A stretch of DNA of 64,000 nt from Podarcis pityusensis (taxonomy: Eukaryota). Made by a program: the position numbers and the translations under genes. Positions 48,562 through 59,458 of this stretch are shown here, in pieces. Below the pieces are notes generated by a model that searched no databases, was not told the DNA's origin, and was given only the letters and a program-made list of their open reading frames with translations. Each line of letters begins with the position of its first letter. Positions within the stretch are counted from its first letter, which is position 1. The DNA lies in the NCBI GenBank assembly GCA_964106645.2, contig OZ067045.1, one strand, 5' to 3'.

Positions 48562-48564
<3 letters not shown>

Positions 48565-49191
48565 GCCACAATCATTTGTTAACTGCTCTCGGCGCATCGC
48601 GCAGTACTGTTCACACACAGGTCAAACCAACCTTACAGTGGGACAATTATCTGTCCAGAGAGACCAAACATCTGTTATTGAGTTGATGTAGGCATCGCTG
48701 CCACATGCGAGAGATCTCGTCCACTTCCTTGGCTCGCCTTATGGCAACTCACTTCAAACACTTGGCGGGCTTCACGTCGCATCCCCCATTTTTATGGTTC
48801 CTTCAGCCAAAGAAACTTTGGAAATATCCAGCTCCCTCTTCCGTAACTCCTTGCTTTTTCCGTACAGCTGTTTAAAGATGCTGCTGTAATGCTCAAGAAG
48901 AAGTGCTCCCTCCACTCCCTCCCCCTGCTCAATTTGTTTTCGCTACATTCTTGTTCCTTTGTAAGCTAGCAGACGGAGGGGATGGCTGAGATAAAGTGCA
49001 GTGTGAAACCGCAAGGTCGCTCCGCTTTTGGTGTTAAGGAAACAAATCTTCCTTTCTTTCGGTTGTGCATTTCTCACATCTGTGGGGCCAATAAACCAAG
49101 GCTGCCCTGGTTTTCTTTTTCTTTTTGAGGCGCATCCAAGCAGATAGAGGAAATTGAGATGCTTTCATTGAGAAAGAAATCATATATATTT

Positions 49192-49194
<3 letters not shown>

Positions 49195-49234
<40 letters not shown>
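49195..49234. repeat. (TC)n microsatellite
   Basis: Read directly from the sequence. Confidence 0.95.
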
Positions 49235-49235
<1 letters not shown>

Positions 49236-52200
49236 TTTGTGAAATTTTCTTGAAGAAGAAGAAAATAGGATCAAGTTGAGAAAGCATTTACAAGAAAAGA
49301 GTCCCGTTTTTTAAAATAATAGGGGTGGAGGATGTGAAAAAATATAAAATATTAAGAGAGGCAATAAAAGGAGGGGGGAACCACATGAAAATCAGGAAAT
49401 ATTAAAGCAGATGCTATGACCAACACAATCAGTTAAAATATGTGGGTGAATAAAAGCATCTTAAGCCAGTGCCTAAAACTTGAACAACCTGGACAGCAGG
49501 TGAGCAGTCTTGGGGAGAGATCATTGAGAAGACACTTTGACCTCTGATGGATTAGGTGCTTGGAGCCTCCAATGGTGAACTCAGTGTATAGGTAGATTCA
49601 CAAGGGGAAATGTGGTCCTTAAGAGAACCTGGGTCTCAAATTATCACTAGCAGCAACTGTGCTTGGATCAGCAGCCATATAGCTGGAATCCTATGGAGGC
49701 TTCCTTGGTCTCCATATGGCTTAATGCTGAGAGAGCTGCATGACTGGGCTGTATGTGCTCTTGAGAATGGCACCAGAATACTGAGGATATTCAGGGATGC
49801 CAGTTTTCAGTGGCAGTGGGGCATTTTCATGCCTTCTCGGCCAAGTTCAAAGGCCTTTTCCTTTCGGTATATTCTCTTGGGTATATTTATATTTGAAAAC
49901 CACCATCTCCTAAAAAGCTTTTCTTGTAGATCCTTTCTCACACTGCACAACAACAGTTGACACGTGCTATCCAATCAGATTCCCAGCTTCCAGAATTCTC
50001 TGGGGGAAAGCAATGATTGTTTAAAGTGGTATCATAGTGCTTGAAATGTATGGAGTGAATGTGGCCCCACTTTACATAGAACAGTTCTCTCTTTGAAGGG
50101 GTCCTCTAGTTGAATTTCCCTCTTTTTTGTACATTATCCTCACTAATAGATGCATTTTATAGACACTTTACCCCAGTATATGCATTTGACCAGTACATAC
50201 TACTTAGGACTCTCATGGTCTTGGATACCACCAAACGGCCGTATAAATTTAAACTTTTAAGAGCACATTTACAAAAGCAACACTGAGTGTTTCGTGTTCC
50301 TGCCCACCCCATCCAATGCTAGGTGGATATTTTAAATCCATTGTGGGTTTATCGATCCAATGTTAGTTGTTTTCTTCTCATGATGAATGTTAGCTAACAA
50401 AATCCGCAGTGCTGTCAAAGAGGCAGAAGGCCTCCTTCCGTCACTTGAAAGAATGAGATCCTGAATTGTGTACTATTCACTCCTTTCCTAATAGATCTAA
50501 TGTTAATAGACAGTGCTGCTCCCCTCCACCTCGGATAGAAATTGCAGGTATAATTGACATCCACTGTCACAGGGCACAACTAGTGTTCTAAAACAGAGCT
50601 CTGAGCCAGTGACAGAAACATCAGGGTAGAAATTAGATCTATCTGATGTGTCTTCAGGTTTTTCTCCATCAGCTCCTGATGCTCAAGGGAACAGACACCG
50701 AATGTGAAATATTTCCAAAGATGCTTCCCACCCACCGACAGGACAATATATAGATCTGTGTAGTGGCTACCTCTCATTTTCTTTTCTTTAATTTAGTTTC
50801 CTCCATTTAATGCCCCATGTTCTTGGATTCATAAATTGCCACTAATATAGGTATATTTTTAAAAAGAGAAAAAAAATGCTTGCTGACTAGTAGTTTGATT
50901 TTGAAATGTGAATTTGGATGGTACAGAGAAATATTGATCCATATTCAAATAAAGCATCATTCAAATTCAAGTTCAGCAAGAAATTTAGAATTGTTTTTGT
51001 TGTTTTTGTTTTTTAATGTTCGTATTAAAAAAAAGTCCTAAATCTTTCCTGTATATAAGCCATCAAGATGGGTGTCTCTGAAGGTGAAAAGAATAAGATA
51101 CATTCCAATAGACCTGACACAGGTTGTTCACAGTGTGAACTTTTGCTTCCTGGCACAGTTTGCAAGATGGACAGATATTCCATCAAACCAAATACTGAAT
51201 TCTGTCATTCCCCCACCCCCACCCCAAAGAAAACTTCAGACACGCTGGCTGCGTTTAAATTTTCATAAAATGCCACATGGTCATTTATAGGTTTATTTGC
51301 TTAATCCTCTTTTAAAACACACCCACAGAGAGATGAAGGCTTCAAAAGGCTGCAAAACTGTTCCAGAATTGAGTTACGTGGAGAGTGGGGACATCACAGG
51401 CACTAGCCAGTTGGCACCATCATATTGGCTTTTGCTGTAAATTTGTGGAGCTGGTATATTTAAAATTTAAGGGGTCCACAGCATAGCAAATGTTAAATCT
51501 GAGTTCACCAGATTAGATAGGCCAGGTCAGACAGTCTAGGCTGTGATCCAAACCCCCAATCTGCTGAGCTAGAGGGAGTGTGAGTGAGGCAGAGGTGCCC
51601 CTCTGCCCAGCCTTGCCTGGCTCTGCTGGCTTCCAATGAAAGGGAGTTTCATAGATTTGGAGCCACTATACTGAAGACAGGACTCCTCGCTGACATGAAC
51701 TGTGTTTCTGGCCCATGGGGGGGGCAGTAGTATTGCTCCCTGAGTTGACCTCTGGGATCGACATGAGACATACAGGGTAAGATGATCCTTAGGGTTCGGA
51801 ACATATAATGTACACATGCAATATGCACATCATATTGCATTGCCACAGTTTGGAGTACAATGCTGCTATTTTTGAGCCGACAAACTGGGAGGAACAGGAT
51901 TAAATGTAGTTCTGGCACTGTAGTACAAAGATTGGAGCTGGTTTCCATTATCATTTCTATATGCTGACCAATTACTTTAAACTTGGATGTTGTTGATGAT
52001 GATGATAGGAATTTTAAAAATATCTCACAATAATACTGCCTTTTCTCAAAACCCCTGTGATTGAAGTTGAACCGTATCATTAATAGGATTCCCCATCCTT
52101 GAAAGGACATCTGTTAAACTGCAGGTGTCTTCTCTGTCTATCTTTTGGCTACGTGGTAATATATGATCTAATCTCTATCTCTACGATGTCTTTGTGTAAG

Positions 52201-54231
52201 TGACAGAGACAGAGCGGTGCCATCCTTCAACAAGGAGGAAAAATGACTCCCCTCTGTGCTGTGACTGTTATTTCCAATAGTGCGGAGCCATCCGTCATAA
52301 AGTTTCACAATCCTTCCCCCCTCCTTTTCTTTGCAGTGACGGGAAGACAACTCAATGCTGTATTTACTTACAGCATCTTCTCCCCGCCCCGCCCCCCTTG
52401 GGTTATCTTAACTACAAAATTCAGATTTAAAAAAAACCCCATCTTCTTCTGGATGTGCTACTTTAAATTGTGGGCTTTGAAAAGGAAGAAATCTGCCCAC
52501 ATGTTTCCAGGGCTACCACCTTTTCAATCAGCCTTGGGCAAATGCTTTGTAGTGTCATGGCATGTAGGAAAAGGTTGCTGCCTGCTCAGTGTTGCAGCCC
52601 AGCCAATGGGAAAGGCACAGGTGCAGGAGTCATTTGAGAAGTTGGCAACCATGTATCTTTCAATAAGGGAGAGGCGCTTATGAAGAAGCAGCGGAGGTTC
52701 AATTAGTAGTGATGGGAAGAAATTTGATTCAGTTCACATTTAAAGGTGAACTTGCCTAATTCACATTTCCTGAAGAGACATGTGAACTGAAGTCCAGCCA
52801 ACTTTCGAAATTTGCACTTTTTTGAATTTTGCAATGCAGCACTCCAGCCAAGTCATGTGCATAAAAATGCATATACTAGGGTGAATTTGCCTATAAATGC
52901 ACATAGTAGTGAAAATAACAGACAGAATTGCATTAGGAAAGGTTGCTTTGTAAAAATATGTGTATTAGGGAAAATTGCATGCAAACATATTAGGAGAAAT
53001 TTGCATTAAAATGCTGCTGAATTTTCATGGTATATATACATTCAGTTGAGTGGGGCCCTGGACACTGGCCCCTCAAGTCCTACCCTGATGGCACCACTGA
53101 GCAGATATTTTTATCTACCCTAAACTCCTGACTTTTGTAGTAAGCAGAATTGTTACAGACAGGGAGCTGGGCTACATGGCTCTTTGGTCTGAAAAGGAGG
53201 AAGCAGTTCTTGTGGTGATCACAGTGGTGGAATAGGAGCAGAGTGAGCATAAGAAACATTGCAGAAGACCCCAAATGGTGGTTAAAAAACAGAAACTTCA
53301 TCATGATGCTATTTAATGGGACCCCAAATACTGCCACTTGAGGCACAAATCCTCACTCTTCCTGCAGATCAGTAGACCCTGTCTTGTAGGAGGACATTGA
53401 TCTGAGCATACAGATGGGTGCATAATTCCTGGTTTATTCCACAGTCACCAACTAACCCAGCTCCCAACCACTTTCCATTTAAACAAGGCCTACTCAGCTA
53501 GGGCAACTACAGTAGAAGCCACAGGAAGAAGGGCATCATCTTGGAGGAACACCAGGGAGAAAGACTCTAGCAATTGCCATTGCAGTAAATCAAACAATTA
53601 TGATTTGGGGGGGGGGGGGCAGTGATGTAGGGTGGTTAGAAGTATATTGGCCTATTTCCTGATCCAATCTGATGGTAGCCTATTTCCCAGGATGGCAGAG
53701 GGGTTATTACACAGCCCATGAGGGTACAGCTAATCCTCTTCTTTTTTGCGTCAATCATGTGGTAACTTGTATAAGGACACCCACCCCTTTGCCCTAAAAT
53801 ACCTATTCTGCAAAGGTTCAAGCATTTGGGAATAGGATTCTGGATAGGTTTGTTTTAAATATTTATCTTTCATCCCTGCCTCTGCACAGCTTTCACATTA
53901 TGCTGATGTGATTCCGCCACTAAATTATTTGCAAATGTTCCTCTTTTAAGGGTGGGGGGTGGGGTGGGGTGAAGGGGGAGCAAAATAGATTTGGAGCCAA
54001 TTTGTAATAAGCAAGAGCAGTTTGACCCAGATTAAAAGATACAATTAGTCTGTCTGAATAGTAAACCTAAAAAGTACTACTTACCCCACTAGTTATTGTT
54101 TTATGACAAAAGAAGACATCCTGGCAGAACAATAAAGCCACAGATAAGAACCTTGCAATTTACTCCAAACAGAACGAAGGAATTTTGTGCAGCTCGGTTA
54201 CACAATACTCCCTCCAGTGTAAAAGGATTTC

Positions 54232-54236
54232 ACACA

Positions 54237-54280
<44 letters not shown>
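54232..54280. repeat. Compound (CA)n(GA)n microsatellite
   Basis: Read directly from the sequence. Confidence 0.95.
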
Positions 54281-55556
54281 ATGTACTTTTGTCTTGTCTA
54301 AATCAGTGGTGAGTGACCAGTCTTGTAGACAGGACAAGGTATCCAAAGCTATTTCATCTAGCCCCTGGCAACCTCATCAGTAATGACCTTTTGCAAGTAC
54401 AAGAGATGTCTACCTTAACTGGATCAAAACAGGCTGCAAGTTTATATGCAAGTTGTTAATTACATAACATTTCCATAGAGAATTGAGGCCTGCCATGTCA
54501 AAAGGAATGAGCTGTAGTTCACCAACTTTACCAGGGGCAAAGGTTCCTCACACCCTTCTTACTGTTAGAGAAGGGGTGAGGTAATCGGAGACTGTCGGAA
54601 GGTTGAACTACAACATCCATTTCCCCCCAGACCATTGACTTTGATGGCTGAAGTTGATAGTACCTGGAATGTTAACAACATCGGGAGGGGCACAGGCTCA
54701 TCCATTGCAGCAAAATATGAATTGTAACAGCCTGGTCCAATGGCTTGATTTTCCTTTATATGTCTCTGAAAGGACAGTCACAAAACCTCTTGGCCACCTT
54801 GAAAGTAAGGCAAGCACAGAAAACAACAACAACAACAAACCCAGCAACCTGCCCATGAGAATTTCAATATTCACCCCTCTCTTTGATAATTTTCAGTTAC
54901 CAACTAACATGATTTCCCCCTTCGTTTTACATGAGAATGTAAAAACTTAAGTACAGCCTTCCATGATCAGACCAAGGTCCATCCAGTCGCTTCCAACAGA
55001 AGCCAAACAGATGCTCATTAGCAGCCTTCCCCTCCCCTACAGCTGGCACTCCACTTCCTCTTAACATACAGCCATCAAAGCACGCCACCAACACCACATC
55101 GTATGGTGGCGAATTCCTGCCAGGGGTGGTCTGTGGGCAACAGTGTGAGGAGGGCCAGGAGATGAAAACCAGGAGCTGTGCCAGAGAACTGAGGAACAAA
55201 TCCAGGAGACAGAGAAGGAAGAACGTCAGTGCTCAGGCACTGTCACAGCCCAAACAGGAAGCTGTGCTGTAGTCCTTCCTGTCTCGGAGGGCCCAATGGC
55301 TAGCATGAGAATACTTCACAGGGAGATTCTCTGAAGTACAGCCATGTGTCTCAACACAAAGCACACCTGTGCACAAAGCTGGAGGTTTCCTGTGTTTTCT
55401 GACAATTCCATAAGTCAGTTATGCATGTTTGAAGAACAGAAATGGTGGGATATCTCATGCTCAGCTCAGATTTTGCCCATGAACTCCTACTTGATAAGAA
55501 ATGGATTTAGGCATCTCTTGTAGACCTCAAACTCATTCAACTTCTGTTTGTACCAT

Positions 55557-55592
55557 GAAGAGGAGGAGGAGGAGGAGGAGGAGGAGGAAGAG
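55557..55592. repeat. (GAG)n microsatellite
   Basis: Read directly from the sequence. Confidence 0.9.
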
Positions 55593-56236
55593 AGTAAAGA
55601 ACTGTGTGTAGAGTGGGGTCCTTTTCCCATCCTTTGGACCCCTAGGAAACTTAACTGCATCTGGAACTTGGTGTGGAGAGTGCAGCATAATGGGACACAG
55701 CTGTGAGCAGCCTTGGAAAGTACCATCCTCCTTCAGCTTGCCCATAAAAAGTCTAGATAACAGACTAGGGTGGTGTCTGCTGTTTCCAGGAACTTTACAC
55801 ATGAGAAATTTGTGGGTGAACTGAGTTTGTTTGGATCTTGGGAGAACCCAGGGTTGAAAGGGAGGCTATGTCAGGATAACAGAAAAATAGAATTGTAGAG
55901 TTGGAAGGGACCCTGAGAGTCATCTAGCCCAAATCCCTGCAATGCAGGAATCTCAGCAGGTGGTTCCCCCATCCAATCTGAAACCATACCAGACCCTCTT
56001 TAGCTTTGCAAATGTGCTAGCAGTTGAGGTTGTACAGGATGGTGCAGATCAATGAATGAATGATTGAATGAATGAATGAATGAAGATTTATAAAAATTAG
56101 TAATTTTGTATTGATGTAACATTTATGTAACTGTATTTTTGTAATATTTTCTTTGTTGTTGCTTCATTTTTTGTACACTGCTTAGAGCTATTTTTAATAC
56201 CATTAAGCAGTTTAGAAATTAAATAATAACAATAAA

Positions 56237-56482
56237 ATTTCTAGGAATAGGTCCATGATTTGTAGGCATGGGTCTGAGCAGGTTTTCTTTAACCCCACAG
56301 CTTTCCCTGGGAAAACCCGCTGTTTACTGCTGAATCAGAACAAATGTCAATGGGGTTTTCCACAAATTGATGTCTGTTCTGATTCCGCCATACATAAAAC
56401 AGGGGTTTTTCCTGAGGAAAGCAGTGGGACAAAATACCCTCTCAGATCCATGCCTACAAATTGTGGACCTGTGCCTAGAAAT
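56237..56482. mobile_element. Near-complete ~245-bp palindrome (fold-back MITE-like element)
   Basis: ATTTCTAGG..AGGTCCATGATTTGTAGGCATGGGTCTGAG...GAATCAGAACA versus TGTTCTGATTC...CTCAGATCCATGCCTACAAATTGTGGACCT..CCTAGAAAT. Both strands translate to ICRHGSE. Confidence 0.85.
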
Positions 56483-56887
56483 CAGGACACAAACAGAAGT
56501 GCGGACGGGTGCTTTGTTCATTTCACTCTGAACCATAGGCTGCATACAAACCATACATTTAAAGTACAAACACAAACAAACAAACAAACAAACAAACAAA
56601 CACACACAGAGAAAATCCTGGAAACTGTAGTTTGTTAAAAGTGCTTGGAATTGTGGCTCTGTGAGGGATAGACTACTGTTTCCAAGATTTTTTATTGGCT
56701 GGGGGGGTGGGGGGGGAGAGAATTTGCTTTAAATGTGCTTTAATGTATGATACGCACCCAACCATAGGAAATTGGAGGCCAAGGCAACATTCTCAAATAT
56801 TTTACATTTGCTAATAACTTTAGCCAAAGGAAGCCTCCGGGGCAACAAGCAGCACATCCACAGCCAGCTACAGGTAACATTCTTGTA

Positions 56888-57139
56888 CAGTGGTACCTTG
56901 GGTTAAGTACTTAATTCGTTCCAGAGGTCTGTACTTATTCGTTCTTAACCTGAAACTGTTCTTAACCTGAAGCACCACTTTAGCTAATGGGGCCTCCTGC
57001 TGCCGCCGCGCTGCCAGAGCCCGATTTCTGTTCTTATCCTGAAGCAAAGTTCTTATCCTGAAGCACTATTTCTAGGTTAGCAGAGTGTGTAACCTGAAGC
57101 GTATGTAACCTGAAGCGTATGTAACCCGAGGTACCACTG
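56888..57139. mobile_element. Tc1/mariner-superfamily MITE
   Basis: TIRs CAGTGGTACCTTGGGTTA / TAACCCGAGGTACCACTG. TA TSD. Internal TAACCTGAAGC repeats. Confidence 0.92.
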
Positions 57140-57950
57140 TAAATTGGTTGACTGTCCATAGGAAACAAAGAATACCTGAATCTTAAACATTCCCACTATC
57201 ATGGTTTTCCTTATTATTCAATTTTATTTCCCCTCCCCCCTCGTGGTGGCCTTCTAATTGCAAGCTCAAGGCAGTGCTGACAATTATCAGTCTGCAAGCA
57301 TATGAAAGAGCACATGCCAGTCAGTCTGTGTGGCTGCAGACGGGCTACGGCTGTAGAGCCTCCCCAAGCCTGTCAGTATCAGGGTTCTCCCAGTTGCTCC
57401 CTCCTTTCCAGTTTTAATGGCAGTGATTCAGAGGGTAACTCGATGAAAAATGGCCACATGTTTCCCTGTTATGATTCTTTCATGCATCTCTGTCAATGGT
57501 GGTTTACATTCTGGGATTGAGATCATTTGTTTCCTGTTTGCTCACAGCTTCAGGCTTTTTCTTGTTTGCCACCGTGGATTTACAGCCCTTTCTCCCACCC
57601 CCTCCCCCTTCTCCCCAAGAGCAAACCACATCTAAAGAGATGAAGGATTATAAGGCTTAATATTTCTGCGGCTCAGCAAAAAAACAACAACAATGAAAAA
57701 ACATGAAGAAACCCTAAAAACTAACAAAAAGTTCAAACTCCTGCAAGGCTCAATTGCCTTATGAAAATGGGGTGCATAGGCACCATGTGTCTGTCCTCTC
57801 AGAGGACAGCCTTCTACTTGAAGGTGTTTCTGTTCAGGTGGCTTTGGTACATGTCCAATTGAAAGATAATGAACTATCAGAAGGGAGATCAAGGGCCTAG
57901 AATTTGCCCATCAACAGCTAGTACCCAGGCAGCACTCTTAGCAGGTGTAC

Positions 57951-58153
57951 NNNNNNNNNNNNNNNNNNNNNNNNNNNNNNNNNNNNNNNNNNNNNNNNNN
58001 NNNNNNNNNNNNNNNNNNNNNNNNNNNNNNNNNNNNNNNNNNNNNNNNNNNNNNNNNNNNNNNNNNNNNNNNNNNNNNNNNNNNNNNNNNNNNNNNNNNN
58101 NNNNNNNNNNNNNNNNNNNNNNNNNNNNNNNNNNNNNNNNNNNNNNNNNNNNN
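57951..58153. other. Assembly gap (N run)
   Basis: Run of N bases. Confidence 1.
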
Positions 58154-58216
58154 TTCACATCATGGTGGATGTATGTATAATCCAAACTTTTTCTCCAAGG
58201 AGCTCAAGGCAGCATA

Positions 58217-58450
58217 GAAGAGTTTGGATTTGATATCCCGCTTTATCACTACCCAAAGGCGTCTCAAAGCGGCTAACATTCTCCTTTCCCTTCCTCCCCC
58301 ACAACACTCTGTGAGGTGAATGAGGCTGAGAGACTTCAGAGAAGTGTGACTAGCCCAAGGTCACCCAGCAGCTGCATGTGGAGGAGCGGAGACGCGAACC
58401 CGGTTCACCAGATTACGAGTCCACTGCTCTTAACCACTACACCACACTGG
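58217..58450 (-). mobile_element. Young full-length tRNA/CORE-like SINE (Squam3-like)
   Basis: The minus strand reads CCAGTGTGGTGTAGTGGTTAAGAGC...GGTTCGCGTCTCC...GGATATCAAATCCAAACTCTTCT. Confidence 0.9.
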
Positions 58451-58458
58451 CTCATACA

Positions 58459-58668
58459 CAGTGCCAGATTACCAAATAGGCAAAGTAGGCACTGGCCTAT
58501 GGGACCCATACCTTTTAGGGGCCCAACGACAATGGATCAAAATAATACTGATTTGGTTTATTAAAATTGTTGGTTGGTAAAATCAAAAACATATTAGGAG
58601 ATAAGTTGTGAGGGCCCCCTTGATATTCTGACCGCCTAGGGGCCTGCACAGGGTTTAATCCTGCACTG
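58459..58668. mobile_element. hAT-like MITE
   Basis: TIRs CAGTGCCAGATTA / TAATCCTGCACTG. The TSD is not cleanly resolved. Confidence 0.6.
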
Positions 58669-59110
58669 GGCTTACACAGTTCTTCTCCTCATTTATTCCT
58701 CACAGCAACCATGTGAGTTAGGCTGAGAGGCAGTGACTGCTCCCAGGGTCACCCAGTGAGCTTCATGGCCAAGCAAGGATTTGAAACCTGCCCTTCCAGG
58801 TCCTAGTTCAACACTCTAACCACTGTGTGTGTGGCCATGTTATCAATTTATTGAACACTTCACAGCCCGAGGCCATCAAAGCAATGTATACAGCAAGATA
58901 AAAGTAAGATAGGATGCACCTATCTATTATAAAAGAAATACGGGAAACAATTCATGCAGATTTTAAAAAACAAAACCGTTCTTACAGATGTACAATTAAT
59001 ATTTCCTCAATGACTGGGCGTCATGTCTCTGGGGAAGCCTTCTTAAACAAAGATCTTTTCAATAGGTGCCTAATCAGTATGATGCTGGGTGACTGTCTCG
59101 TTTTTCCTGC

Positions 59111-59326
59111 TAGTGTGGTGTAGTGGTTAAGAGCGGTAAACTCATAATCTGGGGAACCGGGTTCGTGTCTCTGCTCCTCCGCATGCAGCTGCTGGGTGAC
59201 CTTGGGCTAGTCACACTTCTCTGAAGTCTCTCAGCCCCACTCACCTCACAGAGTGTTTGTTGTGGGGGAGGAAGGGAAAGGAGAATGTTAGCCGCTTTGA
59301 GACGCCTTTGGGTAGTGATAAAGCGG
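59111..59326 (+). mobile_element. Young tRNA/CORE-like SINE (Squam3-like), 3' end lost in the gap
   Basis: AGTGTGGTGTAGTGGTTAAGAGCGG...GGTTCGTGTCTC...GCTGGGTGACCTTGGGCTAGTCAC...GATAAAGCGG. Confidence 0.9.
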
Positions 59327-59458
59327 NNNNNNNNNNNNNNNNNNNNNNNNNNNNNNNNNNNNNNNNNNNNNNNNNNNNNNNNNNNNNNNNNNNNNNNNNN
59401 NNNNNNNNNNNNNNNNNNNNNNNNNNNNNNNNNNNNNNNNNNNNNNNNNNNNNNNNNN
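59327..59458. other. Assembly gap (N run)
   Basis: Run of N bases. Confidence 1.

Noticed and set aside
59111-59180. tRNA gene-like A and B boxes
   Set aside because: This is a SINE head that continues into the SINE body; there is no complete cloverleaf.
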